A stretch of 64,000 nucleotides of DNA from Octopus bimaculoides (GCF_001194135.2 NC_068985.1:49477835-49541834), one strand, 5' to 3'; counted from the first letter of the stretch, positions 49,573 through 62,867 are shown. Notes: generated from the sequence alone by a model not told the origin. A program made the numbers and translations.

Positions 49573-51104
49573 ACACAAACATACACACACACACATGCAG
49601 ACCATTTTCTATAGCCCATCATGTAGCTTCTGCAACATTCCAATTAGGAAGCAGATCACAAACAACTGGAAACCACTGCTCTTGCTGTAACTATTGTTAC
49701 ACACTTACAGGACATCCTGATGATAGAATCACACGACCTTTAATATCCACAGTAAAATACAGTAAAATTAATAGTTCAACTGATGCCAAACACCAAAAAT
49801 CTCATAAGAAAATGTGAAGAATTGCAAATAAAATAGAGGAAATGTTTTTAAAAAATATGAGAAATTGAGAATAAAGTATATGAAACAAGAATGTAGTTTC
49901 TCTTTCAATATAATGATAACATGCATGCATACCTTCTCTCTCTCATTATATATTTGTAATATGTATTTTTTAAAGTTATATCTGTGCTTTTATGTGTGAT
50001 ATAGACAGATTGATATGTATGTATATATGTATGTATGTATATGTGTATGTATGCATACATATGCATAGATGTACATACATGCATATACATGCACACATAC
50101 ACACATACACATGCATACATACACACATACACATGCATACGTATATATGTATACATGTATATGTATATACATACATACATGCATATACATGTATATATAT
50201 ATTTGCACATACATGAACGTATCTATACATAAATTTATACTTATACACATACATAATCACATGTATATGTATATATGTATGTATGTATGTATCCATGTCT
50301 GTGAACATGTAAATTTACATCAAAGTATAAATGCATTCTTCTACTGACATTTTATCCTATTGCATGCTCAACCAGATATTGGCATCGTGTTGTCATAGAT
50401 AACCAACACTAGCATAAATGAACTATTCGAGAGAAAAATTTCCACCAAATCACCACCATCTGAAGAATGCTCTGTTTAGCAGAAAACCTAAACTTTTAAA
50501 AAAGTAATAATATTTAATATTCATTTCAGGTTAACATTTGTTTTTTCATGCTAGCATGTCTTAGATGGGAGGTAACTGAGGCAAGATTTTTATAGCTGGA
50601 TGATCATCCTGTTGCAAACATTTATGTTTTTCAAGTAAAAGATTTTTTTTATTCTAGAGAAATTTGAAAACACAAAGTTAGCAGACAATTTGTTGATAGG
50701 AAATATGTTAACAAACACCACCAGTAAACAGTGATGTGTGAGTTTGTAAATATTCACACAAACAGATATATGCAATGTGCTTCTTTCAGTTTCCATTGAC
50801 CAAATTCCCTGTAAAAACATAAGTCAACTTGGTAGCTATCATAGAAGTGTTTTATCTGAGGCGACACACAGCTATGCTATTAAGAAACAGATTTCTTAAC
50901 CACGGAGCCATACCTATATTTCATCTCATGTTTTTACAACAACCTTGAAGAATAATTTAATGTTAAGTAAAACATTCCATATGAGAATGTTCCAAGAGAA
51001 TTACCATCATATAAGAAAGGCTGGAAATAGTTTTGGAAGTTATTACCTCTGCTAATAACAAAAGGATTTTCTCTGAGTGTAGGAAGCAGATTTTATAATG
51101 TTTG

Positions 51105-51410
51105 TACATGATGTGTGATGTTGTACAGTAGCAAATCATGAGGACTGAATGAAAGGGTGTATAAATGAGCTAAGAGAAAAACTGAGCATATGTGGAAGTA
51201 GATGTAGTATGCAAAAGAGAAGACTGAACGTATATGAACATGCAGAATATATGGAGGATTGCAGTTGATTGGTGGCAAGAAATCCAAGTGGAAGGAACAT
51301 GTAGGAAAAGAAAAGCAAGGAAGACATAGAAAAATGTGGCACAAACTCAGAAGGCTGAACCTCACAAAGGAATCGACAATGGATCACAACAAGTAGTGAA
51401 ATGCTGTATT
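51105..51410 (+). mobile_element. Decayed RTE-type LINE ORF C-terminal fragment
   Basis: NELREKLSICGSRCSMQKRRLNVYEH... and VEGTCRKRKARKT* resemble RTE ELR.KLG........RRLRWYGH...VEG...RGRPRKTW. Confidence 0.65.
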
Positions 51411-53675
51411 GGAGAAGACAACAGCAATGGTGACAGTTACTACAGTAGTAACAACAACATCAGCAATAATAACTGCAGTAACAACAATAACTGCAGTAAC
51501 AGTAATAGGAAAAAATAAATTAAGTTTTGCTGTCTTTTTACTCCCCTACCACTATATTACACACACAACACACCACTAAGCTTACCATGTCTGCTCTATA
51601 TTCCTTATAAATCAGCAAAGAATTGATGTATAAATATCCAGTTTTAACTCCAAGACATACGCTCAGATGTTACTGTCATCACAGAACTTGGTTTCTATTA
51701 CAAACAAGCAGATTGCTTTTAAAAGCTATCATGAATAAGAGAAAAAAAATAGGGAAAAAAAAAACTATCATCATCATTATCATCTATATATTTTTTAATA
51801 CACTTAGTTATTCTTTTAATTTGTTAAGAATAACATGCTTGTATGCATGTGTGTGTGTGTGTGTGTGTAATTATATATGTATAAATATGTATTTTTTGTG
51901 TAAATGTATATATAAATGCATGTGTGTGCATATTCTTATGCAATCACTTATTTGCATGTATATTTGTATATGAAACTATGATAAAAAAAAAAAGTATTGA
52001 TTAACCTTCTCCTTTCTCTATTTCTCTTTTTCAGTTAGATCTCTAAAGAGTTTTCTAATTTAGAAAAACCACTCCACTACATCAGCCTGCAGTGATTATG
52101 CTAAATGTAGTGTGTATTTCTTATATTAGCTCAATATGGATGATTTATTGGAAAGAGCAATGAGAAATTGTGTAGATTTTATGCTGAGGTGGATAGTGAT
52201 GTTAACATGAGGGTAGTGAATTGGAAACTGACAAATTTGGTAGTGTCAGACACAATGCATCACAGCATTTAGATGCATCCTTTCACATGCTGGTTTCAAA
52301 GCTTGTCAGCACTGACTTCAGTCATCCAGGATAAAATCTGAAACCAATATACATATCTAGGTCAATAAAATAACAATCAAATACTGCAGTTGCTTTAATT
52401 GTCCAATGCTGGTAACTTCCAAGATTCTCCAAGAAAAGTACTGCAGTAGAGAATCCTTAATAAATCTTTTTAGAGCTGATTGTGATTTAAGAATGGGTGA
52501 AGATATAAACTTTAGTGACTGCAGTATTATTAGAGGCCACAAGTATTATTAGCATTAAAAGACTGTGTCTAGCACAAGTCAACAGGGGAAGATTTAATCA
52601 ACTGTCCCACCCTAACAATAAGTTTTTAGTCTTGTGCCAATATTAACGGATATGAAACACACTCTGTAATTTGCTATGCTAAAATGAACCTTGTTACCTC
52701 ATTTGTTCATATATACCAGCTTCCTTGATGTCATCAGGTCAACTTCTCAAGTACTTGTTAAATGAAGTTAATTAAATATAAAAATTAAAATAAACTATTT
52801 TAGACAGTCATTGATTGGCGCCATCAATTCACATCCTGAAACTTCTAAACTGACAAACACTTTTATTCTTCTTTCCCACAGAATTATCATAACTATGATC
52901 AACCATTTTCATTACTTCTAAAAGGAATTTGTATTACTATCAATACTTTCATCAACATCCTTATTATCCTCACAATCATCATCATTACCATTTCGGTATA
53001 TCATCCTTATTGTCCAGCCTTCCACTTAATTTCCAAAATGCCTATGACTACCCAAGAAGTCTGTTGTTTCTTTTGACAATGACCAGAAGGTGCCATTGTG
53101 TGTAACTGTGTATGGTATCGTTTTTTGAGATGAGAGAGGTTGCTGGCAGATATCACATGTAGTGAAGCCATGGTTCTTTGCAGCAATTCCTTCACTGTTT
53201 AGGAAGTCTTTTAGTCATTTTCATGTAAAATTTATAAGATAAAATTAGAAATACTAGAGAGGTAATCACTACAAAACCAATTCATTTATTTGTTTTCCTA
53301 CAACACTTCTTCAATATTTGTGAATAGAAAGGAGAACTGTCTTAATAAGTATTTCAAGGAGGTATCCTAAATTTTTATGATATAGTAAAGAAAGCTGTGA
53401 TATTCATACCTTTCCTAAAGGCATTAGAAAGGTTCAACAGGAAATCGTAAATTAAATTAGTTTATTCAACTGATCATATTATTTGCCAGAAAGTTTATGC
53501 AAAGTACAGCTAAAGATTTTCCCTAGGTATAAGGACCAACTTTTAAAAAATGAGGGTAGAATTGATATAATTGATCATATTCTGACTCAGCAAATCTAGT
53601 CAAACTGTCTAACTATACCAGCACAGTAGCAGAGATGTTAAATGGTGATGAGGATATGCACATATAATCATTTAA

Positions 53676-53898
53676 TCTTTTAGCATTCAAGAAGGCTATA
53701 TCTGGCCCAAATATTTTATCTGTTTTATGTTTCAAACTGGCCAAATTTGGTTTCTCACATTTACCCAACAATGTCATTCTAAATATATAGACAATCACAT
53801 CATCAAAATCACAAAGCTATGAGATAATGCATAATTAATTTGAAACAATGCAGACAAATAAACATTACAGTTGACGGATTAATCTGAATGCTAAAGGG
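53676..53898. mobile_element. piggyBac-type MITE (TTAA TSD)
   Basis: ttaa-tcttttagcattca ... tgaatgctaaaggg-ttaa. Homologous to 62868-63070. Confidence 0.75.
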
Positions 53899-54144
53899 TT
53901 AATGGTCACTTTTCCATAGACACATGGGGCAAATGGAATTTGTTGAGCAGATTTGCAATCACCAAAAGCCTTTCGTGTCACCAACCCTCACTTGTTTCCA
54001 AAGCAAGATAATATTTCCCCACGATCAGACATATTTGTATGCAATATTAGAAATAAATGACACTGCTTGTATAACAGTAATGTTCATTTAATTTATAACA
54101 GCTATCACATGATATCAGTATGATAGGGGCACACACACAAACAT

Positions 54145-54305
54145 TTGAAGGGCTTCTTTCAGTTTCTGACAATCATATTTGCTCATAAGTCTTTGATTGG
54201 CCTGAGGTTATAGTAGAAGACACTTGTCCCAAGGTATCATGCAGTGGAACTGTATCCAAGACCATGACTAGGAGGCAAAGTTCTGAATTACACAGCTATG
54301 CCTGC
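54145..54305 (-). mobile_element. SINE-A 5' half, diverged
   Basis: gggcttctttcagtttc...gaagacacttgtcccaagg...cacagctatgcctg. Confidence 0.75.
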
Positions 54306-54315
54306 ACTTTTTTTT

Positions 54316-54352
<37 letters not shown>

Positions 54353-54447
54353 ACATGTGCGTATTTGCGTGTGTGGATTTAGAAGACATGTTTATGAATC
54401 TCTTGCATCTTTTTAATAGCATAGTCAGAAAAGAAGGACGGCAATGA

Positions 54448-54663
54448 CCCTTTTGATACCAAACCATCTGAAACCACTTCTGGCTTTGTGATACAAACTT
54501 CCTGTTTTAAAGTGATTTGAATTAAAACCTTCCATCAAAATTTCTTGTTAATTTATATTCCAAACACCAGCTTAATATAACAAATTTCTTTCATCTTCAT
54601 TATTTTCAAAATTAACTGAAATTAAAGGCAGCGAGTTTCAACTGAAACATGGTAACAAAAGGG
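54448..54663. mobile_element. piggyBac-type MITE of a different family, with an inverted relative at about 20845-21060
   Basis: cccttttgatacca ... tggtaacaaaaggg-ttaa. Left TSD is mutated. Confidence 0.65.
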
Positions 54664-54879
54664 TTAATGACTATTTTCAGGACATCCAAGACAAGTAGAA
54701 GGAAGAAATTCTGATTATTGATTATTATAAAAGGAAATAGCATATTAAGTTCTTCTCGAACTGGAGACCTAACGTAAATGCTTGCAATAGAGTAGACCCT
54801 GGTAAATACACCCAAGAACCAGGAAGCCACGTTAACCAGACAGAAGATTAAATTAAACACCAAGGGCTTTCACACATAA

Positions 54880-55110
54880 ATCCACATTTTTCTTCACCAT
54901 CTACTTCTGTTTCTATAAGAAATATTCTCAATGTAAGAGTTGTACTTTCAACACTGGAAAATCTCCTTTCAACATTGGTCCTTATCAATGGACAGGTCAG
55001 TAGGCTTCATTAAATCCAGTACTATATCAGGCTAGGTCTTATATAACTTGGGAAATTCAAGTCTTTTGCAAAGTGTATCCGATGCGATAAGTTTTGTAGC
55101 TTTATTTTTG
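54880..55110 (-). mobile_element. Possible decayed hAT transposase C-terminal (dimerisation-domain) fragment
   Basis: EFPKLYKT*... then, after a frameshift, LLTCPLIRTNVERRFSSVESTTLTLR, similar to the P.L....LL.IP.T...ER.FS....R motif. Confidence 0.3.
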
Positions 55111-55859
55111 GAATTAACACACACACACACAATAATAGATTTGCTGAAGTGTATTAAACATTAAAAAATATTTTGTAATGTTCATAATGTTCAGATATGA
55201 ACTGCAAAAGCAGAAGTTTGACCAACTGCATTAAATGCCCGAATTGTGAGGGACTATATATTAGCAAGACAGGGAATGCATTATCAGAACACTCACAAGT
55301 TCACAAACAACAAATCTGGAACACTAATGTTCACCAAATTCCATTGAATGAACATATAGAAACATGTGGTTAGAAAGATTACAAAATATTTTTTTAATGC
55401 TTAACACACTTCAACATTGTAGAAAAATTTGTGTTTTTGTGAAATACCATAATAAAAAACCTGAAAACCAGACCATGTTTTAACTTTATTCAACTGATAT
55501 ATTATTCTATACACATTTACACAAATTTGGGGAAAAAAATACACATACATATACCGTCTTCGATTTTTACATACATTTTCCATGCTAGCATAAAGTTAGA
55601 CAAAGATGTTACTGAAGCATTGTTTTCAACCTAGATACTCTTCTTGATGTCAATTTTCAAGTAAGGACTCTCTTATTCTGAACACTTTGAAAGGCACAAA
55701 GTAAACAGGTGGTTTACTGACAGAAAAAATGATGAGAACACTGTGTGAATGAAGGGACTTTCCAGTAAGCAAGTACAGATGTAAACAAACCCAGACAAAC
55801 AATGCATGTACACAAACACACATATATACATAAATATATATACACACATACACACTTGA

Positions 55860-56018
55860 TGGATGAGCTTCTCTTACAGTTTGTCTACTGAATCCACTGA
55901 AAAGGCTTTGGTTGGCCCAGGGTGATAGCTGAAGACTTTTGACCAAGGTGCAATGTAGTGGAACTGAACCTGAAACCACATAGTTGGGAATCAAACCTCT
56001 TCACAGTCATGCTTGTGT
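55860..56018 (-). mobile_element. SINE-A 5' half, diverged
   Basis: aatccactgaaaaggctttggttggccc...gaactgaacctgaaaccacatag. Confidence 0.75.
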
Positions 56019-56055
56019 CCACACACACACACACACACACTCACACACACACACA

Positions 56056-56092
<37 letters not shown>

Positions 56093-56402
56093 TCATTTGT
56101 ATTTACATCAGCTTCTCCATTCTGATAGTGGTTAAATGAAGACACATTACTGAAGCACTGTTTTATAGTTAGATGTCCACATCTAACTATAATTTTACTC
56201 ACAGAGAATAGGCTAACTGAAAGGTATGGATAGAAGACACATGCCCAAAGTATCACACTGAGGAATCAAATTCAGAATTTCAAAAACAAATGTTTCAATC
56301 ACATTAGTCAAAAGACTGTTTTCTTTTACACATCGATAAAGGATATAAAAAAGGAATATATGAAACAGAGTTCAATTATAGAATGTGTTAGTGATTACTT
56401 AC

Positions 56403-56555
56403 ATTGAAGCTTGTAGAATTTGGCTTTTAATAAAGTAATATCCAAGAATTTTTTATAAGAAGAATTTCTCTTGTCTTTACATAATGTGAAAAACCAAGAA
56501 TCAAATTCTCTCAGTTCTTCTTCTGTTGGAGGCAGTGGAAAACCATCGTTTTCTC
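56403..56555 (-). CDS. Probable internal coding exon (153 nt, phase 1 to phase 1) of an unidentified minus-strand gene
   Basis: Acceptor acttttatatttcag|GAG and donor CAAT|gtaagt. Open frame (G)ENDGFPLPPTEEELREFDSWFFTLCKDKRNSSYKKFLDITLLKAKFYKLQ. Length is a multiple of 3, composition is not low-complexity, and it matches no repeat seen in the window. Confidence 0.75.
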
Positions 56556-57947
56556 CTGAAATATAAAAGTTTCACATTGTAGAGTTTTTATTCCAATAAT
56601 TTCAGGAATAAATTCAGAATTTCCATATATTCGTATTGAAACTTGTTAATGTTTCCTTATAGATGAAGTGTTAGTGTTTAGTTTTGTTTTAATAGCAATA
56701 AGTGGATGAAAGAGAAATATGCCAGTTGAAAGAGAAATAGGATATGTTGCCAGTTTACCTCAACTATCACCCACCACCAGACATGCTAGTACATATTTTA
56801 ACAATCATTTAAAAGACAATGTGGGGAGCTTCCCGAACTGCAAGAAATAGCATCCAAACCTGTCTCATTACATTCTAATGTCTTTAAATGAAACTAAAAA
56901 TAAAAAAAGGTATATTGCAATCTTAAATACACTGTATCTAAAAACAAAACAAGATGATCATAGCTGGAACACCTCTGATTATAAGTCCGTTCAATCAGAC
57001 TAAACAACATAAGCTAAATCATCCACAATACTTGAGACATCATTATCATCTTTTTATTGCCATCTTCCATGCTGGGCTGGACTAGGTCAGACAGTTTGAT
57101 AGGATTTGAGGGGTTTAAGGACTGCTTCAGCATTGTTTTGGGCTCCAATATCTTCTTTGACATGGTTTCTATGGTTGGATGCCTTTCGTAATGCTAACAA
57201 TTTTACAGACTGTACTGGGAGATTTTTTTCAGAGCACCAGCACAAGTGAGGTCACCATGCAGCTTTCAAGTCTGTGACCCTTTGAGTATTATTTTATCAA
57301 TGCCAGAATAAGGAATAATGAAAAGCAAATTGAATCTCAGTGGGATTTGATCCTAGAATGTAAAGGGCTGAAATTAAATGCCACATGTATATTATCTAAC
57401 ACTAAGAATTATGTTAAATAGTCTCCTTAAAGATACTAGGGTATGATTTGAGGGTGATTTGGTTGCTATTTCTAGCACATGATATTAAAAAACACTATGA
57501 ATGCGTCAGAAAACAAGCAGCAAGTATTTATCCCTTCATGTAATTTTACTCTATTTGCAATCATTTATGGTATATTAATTAAGCTTGACAAACAAGTAAT
57601 TTATTAAGCAAGAAAGTGGTGAAACTCAGTAGCAGTGAGAAAAGGCGCTGGAGTAGAACACATATTTGTAAATAACAAATATGTCAAGACTGTTATGTTG
57701 TGTAACAAACGTTGGCACGTAACTAATTAATTCAACAAAATTGACATGAGGAATCATTGCTGTTTCACACAGATAAGGAACTAAGGGAGGCCATCTCTGT
57801 TGGATAATTGCTTGGACAATGTACAAATTATGCAAACAACTCATTTATGAATTGATTAACATAAAATAAATATTAAATATTGGAAGATGAATATCAAGAT
57901 GCATGTATGAGACTTTCGCACATTCCCAAACATACCATATTTAATTA

Positions 57948-57949
<2 letters not shown>

Positions 57950-57998
<49 letters not shown>

Positions 57999-58054
57999 TG
58001 TGTGTGTTTATAACTATCTAGTTATCTACCTCTGTTTTGTTGTTGTTGGTGTGT

Positions 58055-58137
<83 letters not shown>

Positions 58138-58289
58138 GTGCAGGTATAGACATGTGGTTAAGACATTTGCTTTCCAAGCATATACTTTTAGGTTCAATCT
58201 CACTGCATGTCACCTTAGGCAAGTGTTGTCAGTTTTACCTCCAGGAACTTGATAGATGGAAACTGCATGGAGGCCTTTCATATTCATAA

Positions 58290-58335
<46 letters not shown>
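57950..58335. repeat. (CT)(CA)n then (TG)n tracts
   Basis: Direct reading. Confidence 0.9.
58140..58290 (+). mobile_element. SINE-A 5' half, diverged. Further A fragments lie at about 455-570, 14750-14850, 49190-49310, 50770-50915, 59820-59965 and 60400-60640
   Basis: ggttcaatctcactgcatgtcaccttaggcaagtgt. Confidence 0.7.
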
Positions 58336-58338
<3 letters not shown>

Positions 58339-59107
58339 GTCTGTTTCTTTTATATCAAAGTTTGATTATTCTTTTCTCTTGCTTTATTCATCAGTTTTTA
58401 CATTCATTTTTCCCATTTGCTTCATGGTATTAGAATCTGTTATGAGTTTGACATTATTTCACAAACTGGATAGATGCCATTCCTATCACCAACACCACTC
58501 ACTTTACAACATGAATTGAGTACATTTTGTCATACCACCAGTACTGGAGAGGTGGTTTATCAGGATTAAGTGTCCCTACTGGCACAGATGAAATGAAGTC
58601 AGACAACATCACTGGCTCCTTAGAAACAGAATCTTTTCTAGTATTATACAATAAGCAATTTGTGTTTTTCCATTGATGACTAATGAAGATAATTGTTATG
58701 GTTATGTGGTTGAGTTTTGTTCATTTGATGGTTGATGAGTTAAATTCTGACATTAACATAATGGCCATATTGAGGTCAAGATACTACCTGATTGAGCTTT
58801 AAGGAGTCACAATTGGTTTCTGCTGTTTGAATGTCTGTCCCACGCAAGTATTTTGCACTTAGAATAAACAATGCTAAACAATCAACACTACAATACAATT
58901 AACAAATGACATACAATTAACAATCAACAATTCTGAATTAACAGAATTGTCCTAAAAAATGAAAACAAAAAAAAAAATGAGAAAAATACAAAAACAAAAA
59001 TGTAAAAATAAAAATGTAAAACAAAATTTTTTAATAGATAATTTGAAGTTTCTAAAGATAAAGAATAAATATTCAGAATGAATTTGGTTATTTGTATTGT
59101 AACATCT

Positions 59108-60080
59108 TTATTTAGAAAATATTTATGACTCAACCAAAGTAACATTCTTTTGCTAAGAAGTTTCAATGATTTCAATTCCTTCTACTTTTCTTTTTTTTTT
59201 AATTTTTATACATTTTGTTTTTCAAGTTATTCAAGTATTTGATGTAATCTGGAAACATAAGGCGGGTAACATTCTTTTTGAGAATGTTAGGTGTTATGTC
59301 AGAAGCCAAGGAGAAAAATGAAAATGAAATTTAAAAAAAAAATGGAAATAGAAAGAGAATTAAGTTGTACAATTGCAACATACTTTTACACATTTTAATT
59401 CACATTCATAAATCCATGGAAATGTAATAATGCATTACATATTCATATTTGTACATTTATGTAGAAATATAAAATTACATATAAGTACACTACAAAGAAT
59501 TATTGGATAAAGGTCAACTCAAACAGTTGTTTATCTAAGATCAATTGAATACCAGTAATATATTTGCATAAATATTTACACTGAGGTGGTAGAGCAATGG
59601 TATTCTCTGCTTAGAAATAGTAGAAAAATATTTATAAGCAAATATCATTAAGTGAAAATATTTTTTTTTTTCAATAAATACTGTATTATATTTATGTGTT
59701 AGAAAAAAGAAGAGTAACCATCTATGTCATTTACTTGTTCCAATTAATGGAATTTACAGAACTGTCATAAAAAATCTGAAATCCTACACGAGGCCACGTC
59801 ACAGCAGCAGTTACAAAGAAGAGCTCCATTATTCAACAAATTGAGCCCAGTACTTATTTTTAAACTTGATACAAACTCTATCATTCACTTTTGCCAAACC
59901 ACTGAGTTACAGGGACATAAACAAACTAGCACCAGTTCTCAAGTGAGGGGACAAACACAAACAAGTATACATACACACACACACATTATATATATATTTA
60001 TTTAGAAAATATTTGACTCAACCAAAGTAACATTCTTTCGCTAAAAAGTTTCACTGATTTCAATTCCTTCTACTTTTCTT
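59108..60080 (+). repeat. Direct repeat of about 85 bp at 59108-59192 and 59997-60080
   Basis: tttatttagaaaatatt..gactcaaccaaagtaacattcttt..gctaa..agtttca..gatttcaattccttctacttttct, with 3 substitutions and one 2-nt indel. Confidence 0.85.
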
Positions 60081-60104
60081 ATTTTATTTTTGGGATCACC
60101 ACTA

Positions 60105-60350
60105 CTTTATTATCTCCCCTCCTTCCTAGCACTCCTGTGTGACCCCTCTGTCTGCCATTCGCCATGATAGATTGCTAGCCACTACACATACTTTATTTTC
60201 TCTCCTTGTTTCTTTCTGTGTTCCTTTCTGTGGAAGAGCATAGGCTCGAAACGTTAAAGACTTTTTCACTTTCCGTGCATTAAACTAATACATCTGCTTG
60301 TTGTCTACACCGCCTGTCTTCGTCTTTTGTCTTTTTTTTTTGTGAATTCT

Positions 60351-60355
<5 letters not shown>
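60105..60355 (+). mobile_element. Penelope-like (PLE) terminal fragment containing a hammerhead-like motif, ending in (TA)n
   Basis: cttt-CTGTGGA-A-GAGC-atag-GCTC-GAAA-CGTT-aaag at 60224-60259, followed by a T-rich tail and (TA)n. Confidence 0.6.
60224..60259 (+). ncRNA. Minimal type I hammerhead-like fold with a core variant, probably inactive
   Basis: Helix I CUUU/AAAG, helix II GAGC/GCUC with a tetraloop, GAAA, palindromic ACGU helix III and a GUU triplet. The core is CUGUGGA rather than CUGANGA. Confidence 0.45.
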
Positions 60356-60402
<47 letters not shown>

Positions 60403-60682
60403 AATGGGCTCCTTTCAGTTTCTACCTACCAAATTCATTCAGAAGGCTTTAAGTAGCCTGGGGCGATAGCAGAAAACACTTGCCCAGGGTAAAATAATAA
60501 GCACTGCAGTGTGCTTATGAGATTTGCTTTTTGACCATTTGCTTCAGGTTCAGTCTTCAGTCCTATTATGTGCTAATTTAGATAGTATCAGGACAACCAA
60601 TGCCTTATGAAGGAATTTGGTAAATAAAAACAGTAGGACACCTGTTTTATATGTACAATACATACATACATACATACATACA

Positions 60683-60716
<34 letters not shown>

Positions 60717-61193
60717 CAGCACTGGATTAACCATTAAGCAAATGCTTAGGACATCAAAGGAAGTAGGGCACCACAGACATGGTAAACTTGCTAAAATAAT
60801 ATTCAAAGTGGTTTATATGATTGTAAATATCATTTATTATTTATATAAGTTCATGGTGTCATAGTAAGAATCTGACCAAAGGCTTTACAATTAAAAGAAG
60901 TAGGAAAAAACTTTTCGAAAGAAAATAAAGTGGAAGTATACAAAAGTAAACATTATTTTCCATCTTACTGTTCGTTTTCTTTTATTTAAAAAAAATGAAA
61001 ATTTATTTTATGGTTTATTATTGTTTATATTTTGCAGTACACAAATATGGAGGCACCAAAATATTTTATGTGCTTAGGGTTTCTATGGGTCTTTGTTCAA
61101 CCCTGTGTATGTATACATCTGGAATAAAAACATGAAAACACATATGGATTGGTAATAGGAAAGAATCTGGCCTTATAATCTTGACCTGAATAA

Positions 61194-61522
61194 CATCATC
61201 ATCATCATCATCGTTTAACGTCCGCTTTCCATGCTAGCATGGGTTGGACGGTTTGACTGAGGACTGGTGAACCAGATGGTTACACCAGGCTCCACTCTGA
61301 TTAGGCAGAGTTTCTACAGCTGGATGCCCTTCCTAACACCAACCACTCCGAGAGTGTAGTGGGTGTTTTACGTGCCACTGGCACGAGGGTCAGTCAGGCG
61401 GAACTGGCGACGGCCACGCTTGAAATGGTGTGTTTTACGTGCCACCTACACAGGAGCCAGCCCATCGGCACTGGCAACGATCTCGCTCGAATGTCTTTTC
61501 ACGTGCCACTGGCACAAGTGCT
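61194..61522 (-). mobile_element. Family C, young copy closely similar to 10151-10503
   Basis: catcatcatcgtttaacgtccgctttccatgctagcatgg...ggatgcccttcctaacaccaacc. Confidence 0.88.
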
Positions 61523-61583
61523 TATCAAAATCCATGATAGCATGGGAAAAGGTTGAATGACCATATGTATTTGCATATGCATA

Positions 61584-61634
<51 letters not shown>

Positions 61635-62867
61635 ACCATCAACAAATCACTAGCTCTATTTTTGAATAGAAATGGTGGAAGACAAAGTTAGCAACAGGAA
61701 GAGCATTTGGCTATAAAATAATGCTTCAATAATATAGAATAAAAACTGAAGCTTTACTCCCTGGAGAGAAGATGAGAAAAGTATGTAGTGATATACATAT
61801 GGAAGATCCTGGAAGATCTAGCTCAAATGACACATCTCATAAATTACAGCTGTTTCCGCTTCATTAATAAAACAAAGTTTTTCAAGAATAATCAAATCTG
61901 TTTAAATATGTAATGATGCTTCATCAGATTGACATATCTTCATAAATGTTTGATGAAAAATATCAAATGAAAATATTTATAATTTCTAAACTTTTACAAA
62001 GACACTATATAAGAGCAAGCTTAATCATAAATAAGTAAATGATCTAACTGAAATTTTGTAAATTCATAACTTTAAATCTATAACTATTCCATTCTATAAC
62101 TGATTTATTTGCACAATACAGACGTTTATGTATACACATATTTATATATACTTATATATACACACATATACCTATCATTTATGTATACATACATACATAC
62201 ATACATACACACACACGCATGTACATATACACAGATGCATATACACATACACAAGTTTAGTTATTCATATATATGAATTATTGTTTTGTTTGCCAAGAGC
62301 AAAGAAAACAATAGAGAGTGGACATATGAAAGTGAATAAATGTAATTTAAGACAATGGACAAAGATGAAATAAATAAGAAGCAAGCAAAATATAGCCTCA
62401 GGACAAAAAAGACAAGAATGGTAGGTAATGCTTAGAAGGCATCCTAAAGGATAAGAAAACAGCAAATAGCAAGACAGGTGAGACACAAAGAATTTATGAT
62501 CAGTCAGCTATGCAACCAGTGTGATAAAGGGAGAGAAAGAAAGGAAAGTTGGTTACAGGTCACATGTCAGCAGCAGGTAGAGGAGAGAGAGGGAGAGACA
62601 GACTGACTGAGAAAATAAAAAGAGAACAGATGAAAGGGAAGAAAGGAGAAAGGCTAGAAAGGCTAAGAGGGTGAGAGAGAGAAAAGGAGAAAGAGTGAAG
62701 GCAAGAAACGGAGTTGCAAGGATATATAAAAAACTTACTGTTATATATATACATATATTTGTAAAACCCATTCTAGCATGGAAAAATCATGTAAAATGAG
62801 CAAATGAACAAATGGTAATAAACAAAGTAAATACTTGCACTGCTATCAGAATGTAGATTAACTTTAA

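Noticed and set aside
52034-52070. Strong plus-strand polypyrimidine acceptor
   Set aside because: All three frames stop within 10 codons and no donor is evident.
53007-53205. Minus frame FLNSEGIAAKNHGFTTCDICQQPLSSQK... with a CxxC
   Set aside because: Weak splice sites, and it runs into a (GAT)n tail resembling decayed family C. Not excluded, but unsupported.
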